Part shown: positions 12,697-27,700 of the stretch, piece by piece | Layout of the letters: each line of letters begins with the position of its first letter | Position numbering within the stretch: position 1 is the first letter of the stretch | NCBI RefSeq assembly: GCF_008831285.2 | Contig: NC_045138.2 | Span: 34,410,001 to 34,474,000 of the forward strand | Source of the DNA: Nymphaea colorata | Lineage: Eukaryota | Direction of reading: 5' to 3' | DNA: 64,000 nucleotides | Translations under genes and position numbers: made by a program | The notes under the pieces: model-generated | The model's input: only the letters and a program-made list of their open reading frames with translations | Told to the model about the DNA's origin: nothing | Databases searched by the model: none

Positions 12697-15600
12697 CTAA
12701 GATATACTTGGGAGATGGCATTGGTATCGTAACTTGGAATGTAGACTGAGAGCTTGTCGCAGCGCCACATCGACACTTGCACCTACTCGAAACAGACTGT
12801 CATACAACGTGCACACAAACTGGGAGAGATCTTCTTCTTCCTTACCGCGAGCATCCGTGCCTTGCCCACCGTTCTCAATATCACTGTCTTCCCAATCGCT
12901 CATAGGGCTTGATGGCTCCACTTCTTCCTCAGCCTCCTCGTCGCCGATCACAAACCGCCCATTCTCTAGATTGTTGATATCGCCTGAGGCAATTTGACCA
13001 TCAAAGAATGCAGCTGACTGTATCCCCGGTGGTTCTTCTGATGGTGAAATTACTGCCTTGGCACCACAATCCAGGAAAGCCTTCACCAGACTGGGGGCTA
13101 GCCCGTACTTCCCTGTGCAGATTATAATTCTCTCTCTCCATGCACCAACCTGCATTCAGTCGCATGTCAAACACAAGTCAGAATTAATTGAAGGTGTCAC
13201 ACACATGGGCGTGTGCAGGCTCATCCTTGCAGTCTTTGATCCATAATCTCATCCGAATCATAATATAGTCCTCCAACTTATCCAAACCTCATAAGGCAAC
13301 CCACATACTTCAAACGTATCGCACGATTGGAGAAGGTGAGTGCTAACTAACAGAATTGTTTGAAGAAGTTGGGAGCACACAGGCTTATAGCAATCAAAAT
13401 AAACCATGCAGCCTTCCCAAAAGACAAGCTGCAAACCACTACATAGTACATACTATTGAACACGGATGAATGATGCAATAAAGGAGAAGAACAAGCGAAC
13501 AATGTTATGACGCACCATCAAACGAACATCTTCAGATGTTAGATGAACTGCAGGAAGGGTTCTCCGGAACATGAATGCCCCAATTTCTTGGTTGTCTTCA
13601 AGAACCTTCAGAGACATTGAATAGCAAATCATCGTTTTTCCTACTTCAAAACAGACACGAGAGGAGACCAAAGAGTCCACTGAACAAGTACCTGTGTTTG
13701 CCGTCCAATATATCGATGTAATATTCCCCCAACTTGAAAAGAACGATTATGTGCAACCAAAGCAGAAATTGTTGAAATCCGAGACATGGCCACTGCATCT
13801 TTTCTGTTAGGACCTCTTGCTCTATATAACAGGCCGGACTTGACGCTCTGGATAAATCTATCTGCCAGTTCGCCTGGTTCTGCCACAACGAACACATCAT
13901 TCTGCCAACTGAAAGATGAAAAGAAGAGGATACATAGGTAGCAGAATGATAAATCAAGAAATAGACAACTGATATCTTCATAGATGAGCATCTGACCTTA
14001 AGATGGAACCTACAGAATCATTTTCAAGAGCCAAATGAACTATGCCAACTTGGGGCAGATTCTGCAGTTTCTCGTGGAGTGATTGAACAAGCACAGAAAG
14101 TTGCCTTGGACCTGATGATGGAGTATCAGGAGGGGAGATGGAAACTTTTCCTGTTGCAGCCTGACTCTGCAACCCGTCTAAGCTCAGCGGTGGAATCAAA
14201 TCCATTCGGTTTGCTCTCTGGTGACCAAACTCAGGACTGTATGTAAGTGGGCTTGAAGGAAAGCTTCCGTTAAACAAGGGGGATGTAAATGGAGTTGGAA
14301 ACGCTGTTGCAGCCTTTGAAGAAACGCACATCCTGTTCATCATGGATAACCTTATTCCCTTGCGAGAACAAAACGTTTCAAGTGCACGAGCGTGGTGAGT
14401 AGCCTTTGCTGAATCTGGATCCTGACTAGACTCTAGTAGGAGAACCGTACGTCTCCAACCTAAGCAGGGACTGGCATCATCCACCACTGCATAGAAATTT
14501 GAAAGCAACCATTGGCTTTAAGTGCAGAAAAAACCAGTCACAAAAAAATGCGCAAAAAACAACACAATAAATAATCAGCCGTTTAAAACACTTTTAAAAA
14601 CGCCGTTTTTTTTTTAAAAAAAAATGTCAAACAGAAAAAACACATTTTTTTCGTTTTATTCATTTTTCACATTTTTTAATGCCAAACTGCTTACTTTTAT
14701 TTTCTAATTTTTATTTACTGCAAATATTACTTTTTTTATGCTTCTGTCATCAGTTTCTCACTTATTTCATTGTTTCTTCATTTTTAGTTTTTTTAATATT
14801 TTAAAAAAGTTACCTTATTTTTTTCTTTTTTCAAACTCACCCTATTATACCCCAAAAAAACCTTACAGTTTTTTTAATATTTTAAAAAACTTACCTTATT
14901 TTTTTCTTTTTTTAAAGCTCACCCTATTATACCCCAAAAAAACCTTCCAGTTTAAAACACGAAAAAAGTTTTTTGTAATTATGAAAAAAACTGCAAGCAA
15001 CAGTCGGAATAAAACATACATGTAAACTGAAACAACGTATAGAGATAATGGGGGAACCTGCACTTGACTGCTTTGTGGTAGGAAAATAATAAGACGTTGT
15101 CTTGTCAGGCTTCTCTTCGTCTCGATATGGCACAAGACGGTCACAGAGACTCTTGAAAGATTGAATATTTTTCTGCATATACTCCTCTGTTGCAGCTTCT
15201 AACTTGAGCCAAACGGCAGGATCAGTCTCATCCAACTCCATGCCACACCGCTCATCAACTAGCATATGAGAAAATCAAGTTTATGTGGAAAATCAAAAGG
15301 CCAATTTTTGCATAACAAAAAGTTTAGCTTTTAGTTCTTGACAAAAGTGGCTCTGTGTTGCTATGGCTTTACCTGGATTAAATCGAAAATACTGGACGTC
15401 AGGAAGAACAGGCAGTAATGTGCTCAATGCTTCTTCCACTCGTTCAACCGAGCATGCACTCTCGACCAAAACTTGGCCAGTATCCAGGTAACGCCAACCA
15501 CCTTTTCCTCGAGTCTATAGCAATCAAAATTTTGCTCAAGTTACGAGAAGCAAAAGTCATCAAGCTGCAAACTTCTATAGAACTAAAAATTGGAGGACTA

Positions 15601-18600
15601 TGCTCGCCTTTGTTGGAACAGAACCACAACCCACTGATACGAGGCAATCGATTTGTGCGTCGGGCCATAGAAGCTGTGCTTCTCTTATTGCAATAATAGT
15701 GGGGTTGTTTGCCACAATTGCTCCATCCTGCCACCTATTCACATCTAGACGTTCAGAGGAAAGATGATAATGTCAGTCTACAAGCATTAATCCCAAAGAA
15801 AATAGAATAAACCGCAGAAGGAGTTGGGACTTTTTACACAAACTACTTTAAAGAAGACTTTCTCCTACCATCAGAAAAATCATCAAGATAATATGGAGCT
15901 GCAGATGATGCTCTTATGGCTTCCCATATATGATTCTTACAGCTTCCGAGAAATGCAGCTCTCTTTGTACCACCTTGAGAATGTATCGGAGCACTGGTAG
16001 GAGGTGATCCAATGCTAACAGCGGTACTTTCTGTGGTTCCAATCGTCATTTCTGGTGTGCCAGCAGGATACTGTTGTTCCAGAGGCATTTATTGACACGA
16101 GAGATGGGAAAAAAAGAAGTTAGTTTTTTTTTCCTTCCAGTAAATCATAGTTATTAGAACACTTAAAGCACGGATATATCCCAAGAAATTAGGAAGAAGA
16201 ATCCATTAGGGACTTTGATTCCCAAACATAAGCTCAATTCCAGATGCCAGAACCCTGATTTCCCATGTAATTCTACTTCAGATTGGTTTGAACATCAGGT
16301 CATTCTTTCAAAACTTGTTAATATCAAATTGTAAATACTTCTCACAATCCAACACATCATTTCCAAAACAGTTCATGTCAACTATTCATTTCCTTCTTTC
16401 AGAACCTTAAAAAATTTTAAATGACTGCTTCAAATTTTGATCCTGGTGCTACTTCCCTTTTTCAGTTCATACGCTGCAGCTCGCCCGTAAATGTCAACAA
16501 CCCATCCCATGTATAGCTATGAAAATTTTAACTCCCATGTATAGCTATGAAAATTTTAACTCCCATGTATAGCTATGAAAATTTTAACTCCCATGTATAA
16601 CTTTGAAAACTTTAACCAGCTGACACATTTGTGAACATGTTAAAATTTTTTTCAGCTTTTTCTTTCCGCAATGTTACTGCAGCAAATTGATAGGTTTGAC
16701 ATACATGACTAAGTACCAACTGGGAAGAAAAAAAGAATCTTAGTCTTTAACCACAGTAACTACTGTATATGTAAACTTGAGAACTCTGTAAGCAAGAGAT
16801 ATCAGTAAAGAGAATTTTCTACTTTTGATTTCAACGTATCTCAAATTATCCTATGCTACTTACAGCAAATGGATAAATTTTAAGGATCTTTCCCATGCAT
16901 GTGCTCGTCTTACTAATTACTTGCTTAGAAACAGTGAATTTCAATGTGTACTGGTGTTAAGAATCTAACAATAAAATATCTTGATTACAAAGATCATGCT
17001 GCTGCACATATATGATGGCTCATTTGTATTTTATGGAGAACGTCTCATCTTCCATTACTCTGTTCATTTCTTGTGGACATCCGCCTTTTGACAATACAAC
17101 TTAGTAGGCATGAACATGATAATACCTGGTAATTTCGGAACAAGAAAGGCTGAGCTGGCATCACACTAACAAGAGTTGAGACCACAAAAACTTTTGGTGT
17201 GTTTTTCACAGCAGATTCAATCAAAAGGTCACCATCTTCATCTTTACACATCTCTTTTAGCAACCTCTCAAACTGATCTGCACTATGCTGAAAAGACAGT
17301 TCACATTTTTTGTAAGAAAAACCTGAACTGAGTAAGCAATTGAACATAAATTTAAAGGTTTATCAAACCTTAGATCCATGCACGACAACCCTAAAATTTT
17401 GCGATGAACTTTTGTATAGTTGATCTAATTTCTCTCTCCAAGATGCTGCTTCGTTGTCCTTGGGGATTGGTTCAGCAAACACCAGCTTTCCTGACAACAA
17501 AAAATCAATGACAGTGAATAACCAAGGTCCATAGTAGTGAAATCATCACATAGTTACAAGTTCCCACCTAAATTCTTGTATATTTCTTCACATTGTTCCA
17601 GCGTCATTTTTTTAATTCCAAGAGCAATCGCAAGCATGCCACCTGTTGATGTACCACATATAAGATCAAACATCTCATGGATTCGCTTGCCAGTCCCTTG
17701 TTCTATTTGCTTAAGCATCTGCACAGTAGCCATGCCTTTCATGCCACCTCCATCCATTGATAGTATTCTTAACCCTTGCTTCCCAACTGCCCGACCTCTT
17801 ATTGCCCGTCGTAGAAGTTCATTCTCCCCTAAGTAAAAAGTGCAAGTCATTCATGTGAAACATTAAAGTCAATGTATCTCTGATCAAATCATTGTTGCAC
17901 AAGTACTAACCAAGAATTGCCAAAGCACGTGCAGCAGCCTTTTTCACACATGGCTCAGGTGCAACAGTATAACGAAGGAGAAGTTCACGCAAACTTTCTG
18001 ACGTGACCAGTGTACGACGATTTTCCAGACAAAATGCTAAATTACCAACTGCTAGGAGTGACAATCTTTGTACCTGCAGGCATGTAGACTTAAGATTATT
18101 AAAACATTTTTATAGATCTTCCCTCTTTCAAGTACTTATGCACTTTTAAATTATTATTTTTCTATATCTGTAGGGTACTGTTGATATTCATTATATCTGC
18201 CTTAAGAGAAATATAATCACCATAACATGTCCGCACTCCCATTTTTAAAAAGAGATAACTTAATTATACATTATATAACCTCAGAATTGATTGAATTTCA
18301 GAACAAAAAGAGTACCTCTGTGTTCTTATGCGCACATAATGCCTTCAGAGATTTCAACATTTCTTTTGTCAACATCTTTTGAGCCACAATATCAGAAGCA
18401 AAAGCTAAGGTCACTACTACTTGCAATACAGATATAAGTTCTTCAGGAATAAATGACTTCAGCAGTGACTGCACAGGTTGCATGATGTCAGCCTTTATCA
18501 ACTGTATCGCCAGGGCAACATCTGCGGCCAATGATGAAAGAGCAGAACACGCTTGCTCCACCTTCCAACGAACAATGACAGTAACCATGTAAGTATAACG

Positions 18601-20160
18601 TGGCAAGCAGTAGAACCAAGCTCTTGGAATCAGATATCTTAAAATAGATTACATACCACATGACGGTTTCCACTGCTTATCATACTAATTAGTTGACGAA
18701 CTGCATTCTCATCTTTGCTAATAGCCAAACGGTTAGCATGATCCTGCATAATTTTGGCCAAGGCTGAAGCTAGCAATGGATGATGACAAGAGGAGAACCG
18801 GAAAATGAGTGAGAAGAAGGCACCAAGTTTGTGCCTAGATGCAGCAAAATAAGAACTGTTGTCCATCTGCAGTAATAGGACAAAAGCTAGGTTATAATTT
18901 GTAAATGCCTATGTGTTAACACAAGACTCAAGAAGCTTGACACTTTCTTTCACCTCAGTTTTCACATTCACCAGCTTTAAATCATCATCAGCTTCAATTC
19001 TGATATTTGCAAGTGTCAAGTGACGGAGTTTATGTAAGGGCAAGATCTCTGGAAGAAATTCAAGAGGATTGCCAAACAATCTTAGAATTCGCAATTCAGA
19101 CATAGCCCTGTCAATTTCCCAAAAAAAGAGATATAAAATCCAAAAGGATGAAAAAGAAATGGTAACTATGGATGTATGCACATGAAGAGAAAAAGTTTAA
19201 GGTTCCTTTATGACCTCAGATCCAACAGAGGGCGGACTAGCTTGTTATGCTCCAGCGACAATTCTGTAAGCCCTATACACTCCTTGAGTTCTACTGCATA
19301 AACGATTTTGATGATAACCAAGACAGAGTTTTCATTCCGAAAAAAGAGTTTTAAATAAATATATAAATGTGAGGCAAAACAAAAGATTCGGTAATTGAAG
19401 CTTTACCAGGAACTGAGATCAACATGTTATAATCAAGTCGGAGCTCTTTCAAGCTTTTCAGTTCACCAAGTTCTGATGGTAAAAGTGATAGCTTATTGTT
19501 GTCAAGATACAGCTTCTGGAGGAGTGGTAATCGGGTTAATTCCACGGGCAAAACCTGAAGATCATGACAAGAACTTAGTTAGATATTACTCCCCTATCAG
19601 GAAATTCAATATGTATTTTTTTAATTAGTGGAAGACAAAACAGAATTAAGATTTGAGATTCCGGTCGCCTTGATGATCTATATAAATATGGTACCATAAC
19701 AAACACTACAGCCTTCGAAACAAAAGAGGAATGCATGAGCATCCCTCTAGAAGGAAAAATCAACATCTTAATAACACGTGCAATGTGTTGTAAGTTGTAA
19801 TAAACAAGTTGTGGAAAAACAATTGAGAATGCCGCTGGATTTTCCTTTTATTTTCTTTGAGTTAGGGAAAAAGAATCTTGTTTGAACTGTCAAGAAAACA
19901 GCTGCTAATCTTGTTTTGAACTGTCGGCAAGCGATTGATCAATGAGAAGCACTGAGATACTAGTGACGCCGCTGCCATTATGTGTATGCGGGGATATAAA
20001 TGCGATCTGGTGCTAAAACTAGTAAGCAACCAACCAATGACAAGGGTTAATGCAATAGCATTTGGATCAGCGGCTGGTAGGCGGCCAGTCGCTATTTCAA
20101 GTGTCATGAGCGTCATCTGCATGTGCTGCAAACAAGAGGACTCAAATGGACAAGTTGAAT

Positions 20161-20230
<70 letters not shown>

Positions 20231-21112
20231 AATATCTTGTGATAGACTAAAACAAACACAAATATTGCCGTGGGGGTTGGAGAAATGGATTGGGTGATCA
20301 GTAGCCGGTAAGCGTTTAAGTAACTAATTAGAGTGCAGAGGCATCATCTCCTTATGCTGCAAAAGGGAGGGCATCTGTGCACAAGTTGCATTTGGGGTGT
20401 CACTGCATAATCATCAAAAGCCACATTGGACCTTGGATCTTCGTAATGAACTCTAACTTCCAAAGATCGGTAGCAAAGAGAGGATTGTAGCGTCCAAAGG
20501 AGAAGAATTTACGAGACAAAGAAAGCAAGAGAGAAGAGAAGGTCACTTAACCGACAATCCACATCCGGAGAGGTTGAGAAATGTGACGCTCCTCCAATGC
20601 TGCTCAAATCCTAAAGCATAAGCAGCCGGACCACCCTCCCCACCGGCATTCGATCGGATCAACCGGGTCAGCACCCCGACGCCGTCACTCTGCTGGCCAG
20701 ACGCCATCGTCTTCAACATGGTGATCGAACACAGAGGCTCCCTCTTCTTCACAACCTTCATCTCGACGTCCACCTCCTCTTCTACTTCTTCTTCCTTCTC
20801 GACCTTCCTCCTATTGAGATTCAGGAGGACCGTGTCCTGCGGAGGAGGAAGGGCGACCATAAGCTGGGATTGGAGCCTGAGAGCCACCTGATCTTCGTCT
20901 TCGCCCGCCGACCATTCCAATTGGATTCTGAGAGGTTGGGACGGCTCATCGTGGGCGGTATTGGTGGAAGATGAGGTAGAGTTGGAAGAAGAGATTGAGG
21001 ATGCTGATGCCAATGACGGGAAGGAGGGTGGAGATCCTGATAATTCCTCTCCATAACAGAGACTCAATTGAAAGGTCTCAGAAGGCCTCTTCCACCCCAA
21101 TCCCCATGACAT
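12697..21112 (-). CDS. PLA1: Phospholipase A I (LRR + Armadillo + patatin domain lipid acyl hydrolase, AtPLAI-like), 18 coding exons
   Basis: N-terminus [14 protein letters not shown] (exon 20552-21112). LRR exons ([15 protein letters not shown]) and ARM-like exons. Patatin motifs DGGGMKG and GTSTG (about 17570-17830), ASSAAPYY and DGAIVANNP. Last exon ends TAG at 12697. Frames are consistent across junctions, with one GC-AG intron (15515-15607) and a probable 5'UTR intron at about 21185-21447. Confidence 0.95.
14786..14950. repeat. Tandem duplication (about 81 bp unit) within an AT-rich insertion in a PLA1 intron
   Basis: AGTTTTTTTAATATTTTAAAAA.TTACCTTATTTTTT...CTCACCCTATTATACCCCAAAAAAACCTT.CAG occurs at 14786 and 14867. 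Confidence 0.75.
16505..16616. repeat. Minisatellite, 4 x 28 bp
   Basis: TCCCATGTATAGCTATGAAAATTTTAAC at 16505, 16533 and 16561, plus a diverged copy at 16589. Confidence 0.9.
20165..20222. repeat. (CT)n microsatellite in PLA1 intron 1
   Basis: Uninterrupted CT dinucleotide run. Confidence 0.95.
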
Positions 21113-23092
21113 CTCTCGCTCCCCCTCTCCTCACCTCTCTCTGTCTTGCAGATGGATTTCAGGCTCTCAACGTTTAGATTTGAACTGCATATTAATGTGA
21201 CATGAATTTTGAGGTAACGCGAGTTTTTAGCCCCTCCTTTGGTGGACCCTGGATTTCTGCTTTCATTCCTCTTGTTGAATTGGTGAGAATACAGCGATCC
21301 TTCCTTCGGCCTCTGTTTTTGGTATCTCAATCTAACCCCCTTCCCCTGTATCGAGTTGCCTTGCTGGAGAATCAAAACCCCACTTTGTCAATTGCGTCGT
21401 CCCTCCGTCTAATGACCCCACGTAACTTCCAAACCGAGCGCGCATACGTCTCTCTTTCTCTCTCTCTCTGCGAAATCGTCGATCTTCCGATTCAATACTT
21501 GGACTTAACCCTTCAACTACAAGCGGTCAAGCCTCCCTCTTAGTTGCCAATCCAATTGTTAATAATATTAACAATAAATTGGTTTTTGAAAATCTAGATA
21601 TCGGTCCTTAGCTGGTCTGACTTTTTTTTAACCATGATCAAGTATGTCCATTCTTTCTGCTTCTTATTTCTTATCGATATTGTCTTTACCTTTCTTTCAA
21701 TGTGAGAGATCAATCCTATTCTCAAGAGATTTTAGTAAACCTCAATTTTAGCAAACAAATGGGGAAATAATATGTATGCAAGCAAGCAGAAAAAATGCTG
21801 TGTATGACGTGTCACGTGAGAAAATATTGTTATATGGAAAAAAAAAATAAAATGTATGTCTATATTCATTTTCTTACTTTTTATTGCCACGAAGGACAGG
21901 ATTAATATGTTTTACTGGGAAAGTTTCGACACCGTCGCCTAGGGAAGATGCGTTGTCAATTTTGGATGAACATCAAGCATGAATGTGTGTTTGATCTTTG
22001 CGCTTGGGCAACGACGCGGATAGGGAAGTAAAACCGAAGCGCGTCCGTTGCTCGTTGAATTCCATCTCCAATTAATATCCCCGCCGGAAACGGTGATAAC
22101 GGGCGAATTCGCCAACGCGTCTCCATGCAATTCAATTCAATCTCCAATTAAAATGGTCCGCTCGCAGGGTTCTGAATTAAACCTTTCAACAAGCGAACAC
22201 CCTACCCGGTTTTCCTTTGTCCTGCGGGTCCTTAAGGACTTTTCATGTTGGTGCTGCTTCGGCAATGCAAAGGCAGCAGAGAGCAGGTGACGCGTGACAA
22301 CTAATTGTCAAATGTTGGGACGCTCGTGACTTGAGGCACGAAAACTTGATGCAATTAGACAGCCATGGTTGCATAGTCAGGGTCTCGGAAGGGGGACCGA
22401 TGTTGATCAGTATCCCGAGACCCCCTTGCAATGTTCCTCAATGCAAAACCACGAATAATCATCATACTGAGAAAATTCAGTAATTCGAACAACTAACTTC
22501 GCCAGTTCAAATTAATCATGCAACGAGTGAAATGTCATTGCTTGAACCTCGGCTTCAATTCTTCAGTATCCATTGCCGCGATCATTAAACTGAGGGTCGT
22601 GAAGGAAAAAAATTGTTCAGTAGATGATGTATTCAGAGTATCACATGGTACACATAAATCACCTACCTGTGACTTCGAAACTGGAGGTAAAACATCGAAA
22701 AAACAAAGAAACGACTTCTCAGCTCTAAGACAATTATGTGTTAACCATAAGAACCGATGGTCAAGAAATATTTGTTCTAAATTAATACATTCACAAATAT
22801 AAGCACAAACAATAGTTTATGCAGCCAATGATGTTCAGGTGGGGACCACCATAAATTACCAAAAATCCACACAAGTTCATGTCTACAAGATTCAAGCCTT
22901 CAAGGTTCTCAATCTTTATAAATGAAACAAATTTAGAAAACAACTTCAATATGCACTGTGAAAATTTGAAGGATCTAAAGAATCATCAGCTGTCCCATGT
23001 TTATAGGAAACTTAGGTTCAGCTTGAGAATGAAATTGCATGGAAGAAATGTCCTGTGACTTACAACCTTGAGCCCTTAATTGCAATTAATCA

Positions 23093-24684
23093 TCATTTCC
23101 TCCACAGGAGTCCAGTTTGAGCTGAATCAAATACCTCGTTTAAGAAAGCCTTCACACCATCCTGTGCAAAAATATGTCTGATAGCACCTCTTGATAGTTC
23201 AAACATTTGAGCTTTACTAAGGCCTGCATATAAATAGCACCTCTGCTTACATACAGTTAGCAACACTCTGAAATTATGATTCATCACCAGAGGTATGACT
23301 TCATTGCTTTCCTGTGTTGGCGCAACAGGAAAGGTTCAATGATTTCAGACTCAATTCTTCTAGTTTGAGTGAATTGAAAGCTGTGTGACTGGAAAACTAG
23401 AGTCCATTCACTAGCATGCAAATTCTAAATGGAAAATCCATAAGATGTGCAAAAATAGTTAATACAACAGGGTCGTTTCAACATGCCACCCCATCATTAA
23501 CATCATGAAACTATTAAAAGATCACAACAAACAAAACGAAACTTCTTTGCACTTTCTTTTCCTTCTGCTTGTTCTACCCCACCACCAGGCAAAGCCTATA
23601 CCAGTAGAGTGCGGTTATAGAACACTCAAATGGGTCATTTCCTGCGAGACTAAAATTTGTAAAATCCTCCTCTTCCTCCTTACCTTTTTCTCCTTTAGAA
23701 TTCCCTCTGATGAAATATCAGTACTAATACTAGTCCAAAATTGGACAATGATGGAAAATAGTCAAAATTGGAGAGCTAAGAGCCAACTGCAGTTCAAGTC
23801 CATCTGGAAGCCAGCCTTCAGGACCATGAACTATGTTATCTGTGTTGTGTGTGTGCATACGTGAGTGATGAGATCAAGTCCGCAGGCTTGCTGAACATCA
23901 ACTGCTGTGAGTCAGATTGAGTCATTCTTGCCATTGAAATGACATTAGCAGATTATAAACATTACTTTCAATGCAACAAATAATAGCACTAAACCTAAAC
24001 AGGGATAACAAAACTGCCAGCAATTTCAACATAAAAGGACAGCTTGATGCTTGAAAAGAACTAATGAAATACTCATAAATGTGAACGCCTGGCAAGAAGA
24101 AATCTCACTACTAAGTCTATATGTTTCTAGAAGAGTAGCATCATCCAACACTACGTACCGAAAGTTGAAGCAGCAAGGTAGTACTCATGAGAGAGACTAG
24201 TAGAGAAAATGCCCACATCATCAGTGCAAAGAATCAAAGGATGGTTGACTCGATATAAATCATCTGTGCCACATATGAGGTATATAACATAAATAAATGA
24301 CATGGTTGTTTTTTTCCTTTTTCTTTTTTGGAGAAAAAAGTCAATAATGTGTAAGGAATTGTTAGTTGGATTCCTGAAAGCATTATTCAGATACTCAAAA
24401 ATACAGAGAAAGGAAAATTTTCACTTTTGACAATCCTGACCCCTTATTATTGACTAAGAAAGGTAAAGATTTTGACAGATAATAAAAAAAAAATTAGAAA
24501 CATTTTATCATAGATCATACAAAAGAAAGTCTTTTCAAAGGTTCATCTCCACATAGAAGCTGCTTTGAAAGAGAAGGGTAGACTAACCAAAGTGATGGTC
24601 ATGTAGAGAAGAAATGGAATTGGTCCGAACATTAGATGTCAAGCAGATTTCAACCTGCACCAAGCAGATATTCAGGTCCATATG

Positions 24685-24770
<86 letters not shown>

Positions 24771-27700
24771 AACACAAGGAGTCAATGAAGCACTGATTGA
24801 GCATGTTTTTTGAAGGAAAGGTGCTAAGACATAACTGGAATATTTAGTGACTTCAACATTTTCCATTCTTCATCTTCCAAGCAACAGGCATGACCTATTC
24901 TTTCCGGGCAAAACTCCAACATGGCTTTTATTTCCTTTGGATTGCGCACCTATATATACTATTCCATAGTATACATGTTAGAAGTGGGTACCTACGATGA
25001 AAATCTTAAAAAATTCCAAAAGAACGTAAACCTCTCCACAATGGAGTGTGATAGGAAGGCCTTGTTCCCTAGCACAACTTAAAGCTGGCAAGAAGGTTAT
25101 CCTGCAAGAAAAATAAACAGAAGCATCAACTACAAACACAAGCACGTGAACACACACAAAAAAACACATGAAAGACAAGATAAGCCAGTACCAGTCTCCT
25201 GTGATGGGATTGCCCGAAAGATCAAGACCAACCACACCCTGATTTCTCATTTTCAGTGCCAGCTGGACCTATTGATAGTGAAAACAGACAGGTGTCACAG
25301 GAGAAAAGAATATCAAAAAATATTTTTTTTCTAAGTTTAGTAACTTCTGTATACTGAGACAGACAAGAAAAGAAATGAAGTAGAATGAAAAATGGACAGC
25401 CCTCTGATAGTGCAGTTAAGCTTAGATGATTTAAGATAAATTATGTGAAAATATTAAGTCCTCTCCCTGTGGCCAGTGTTAACCTGATAAGAAGATCAAA
25501 TAAACTTTGACCAACTGAAGCGTAAGATGAGAGTTATTTTATTGCTAAAGGCCAAGATTTTAACACACCGTTTCCATGGCCGAAGCAGTGGTCTCACGAC
25601 GGTCAATGCTAAGAAGAAGGCAAACAAATATTCTCCCTTGCTTTTTCTTTGTAGATGCATCATTTACAGAGGTTGACGGTTCAGGCTCCAGTGTACTTGC
25701 ACATGGACTGAGTACAACTTCTACTGTCTCAACAGCCCTTAAGCCCTTCATTACTGCTTCCACATAAGAGCTTTTTGTCATCCCTATCGTTTCATTTGTC
25801 TGAGGAAATTGAAGATAGATGTATCCTTAAATACTTGCTTCAGTCCATAATTGGACAAAGGCATATAACTTTATGATGATAATCACCTTAGGAGTTGTTC
25901 GCAGTTCCAAGTAGACAACATTCTCAGCTGCAAAATCTTCCACAACCTGCTTCGGAAGTCACAGCGATATGATTGCCACAACTTGAATACAATAAGACAA
26001 AATTACAAAACGGTGCCTAACGTTTAGGCAAATGACAAATCACTGCTTAACCTTTAAACATTAACAAATAGATGTTCAACTTTTGAGAGAAATTATCAAA
26101 GGCCCCTCACTAACAGAAAACATAAATTTTTGCACACAAAATGACAAAAAATACTCTCATAAAGAACCACACCTTTCCTGGACGACAAAAGATACTTTTT
26201 CTTTGGGAGGGATTTTTTTTGACATATATCAAAACTAATGTCTTACGTTAGTAAGCAGCTTTTTGAAAAATTTTCTCCAAAAAAATTGAGCACCTATTTG
26301 TTAACTTTGAAAGCTGAGCAGCGATTTGTTATTTACTAAAATGTTTGGTGCCTTTTTATAACTTCTCCATACAGTAATTTGCAATTTCTACATCGGATGC
26401 AGTGGCATATGTACCTCCTTGGTGATTCTTGATACAGTAGCATGATCAGTTGTAATGATGTGAATTAAATCAAACAATTTGAAGCACTCTGCAAGAGAGC
26501 GGTCACCTGTAAGAAGAGAAAGGTGAAATTACCACACAAAACTATCGCCATAATTCTTACACAGACAACCAAGAACAATATGCTATTTGTTTAGGTGATT
26601 TTCACCTAGGTTGGTGATAAAGTAGTTCAATCAACTTACTGTTTAACTGGCCCCTCTTCAGGTTGTAGCACATACATGCTCCCCAGTTCTTTCAAAGACT
26701 AGGAGATGAGGACAAAATTTATATTTTTATTTGTTTTATTGTCAATCACTTTTAATTTTCAGTATATAAGATATTTATTACTTAAAATACTATCAGAAAA
26801 CTTAAAGTTAGATTGATAAGGCATGCTGTGTGCCCCTCGTCTAGAAATATGGCCCTAAATTACATGTTTGACATAGAAAAAGGTTCATCTAGTTTCTCAA
26901 CAGACAAAAGGGTACAACGAAAGAAGAAGAAAAAATTTACATATGGTGCTGTTTAGTTATTGTTAATATGTCTGTAGTTAAGATTATAAAGGTCAAGAGC
27001 AGGACAGAACATAGTTAAGATTATAAAGGTCAAGAGCAGGACAGAACATACTTTTCTTGATTACATGCTCTACATCGGAGAAAACTAAAACACCTTTGTT
27101 CCCCAAGTCTTTTGCAAGCTCCCTGAAAGAGAAGACTACAGTCAGTCATAATCAATATTTGTGTAACATAGTTATAAATCCAGATGATACATTAAGGAAA
27201 TCTATCACAGCACAATAACAGCATGTATTTCCTTGGAAAGAAAATGAGGGGGAAAAAAAGGACAAAAAGTTCCACCCTGAACATGGTAGCTTTGAGCCTT
27301 TGACTATCATGTGGTCCATAGGTTCCCAATAGAAACAGAAGAATAATATTGCCAAGGATATAATGAATGACAGTTTAAGAAGCTCTCATGCATTAAGTTA
27401 TCAATGTCAGTAACTACGTAAAGGCAAGAAGTTCTTTCTAACAAATTCACATGAATAATGTCCTTCAGGCTTCAGGAAAGGACATGCAACGACAACCACA
27501 ACTAGACACACTACCATCATGCCTACATGGGAATATGGGATACACGACAATGAATGAAAATGCTGATATTTAATCTCAACCAAGTAAAGGCAAATATTTT
27601 TTCCTGATATATTTCTTGATCATGAGATAATGCAGTCAGTGCTCATCAAGAAACATAAAACATAATGCATTACTTATAATGCCTAATCATAGTCCTTAGA

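Noticed and set aside
16505..16616. 28-bp repeat array as a CRISPR-like locus
   Set aside because: Units are head-to-tail with no spacers, lie in a plant intron, and have no cas genes; ordinary minisatellite.
21190..21205. Short uORF (ATG TCA CAT TAA, minus strand) upstream of PLA1
   Set aside because: It falls inside a probable 5'UTR intron (donor about 21447, acceptor about 21185), so it is likely absent from the mRNA.
24583..24866. ORFs with IYIYIY runs (similar cases near 20.1 kb, 34.2 kb, 36.8 kb and 44.5 kb)
   Set aside because: Translation artefacts of TA, CT and GA microsatellites.
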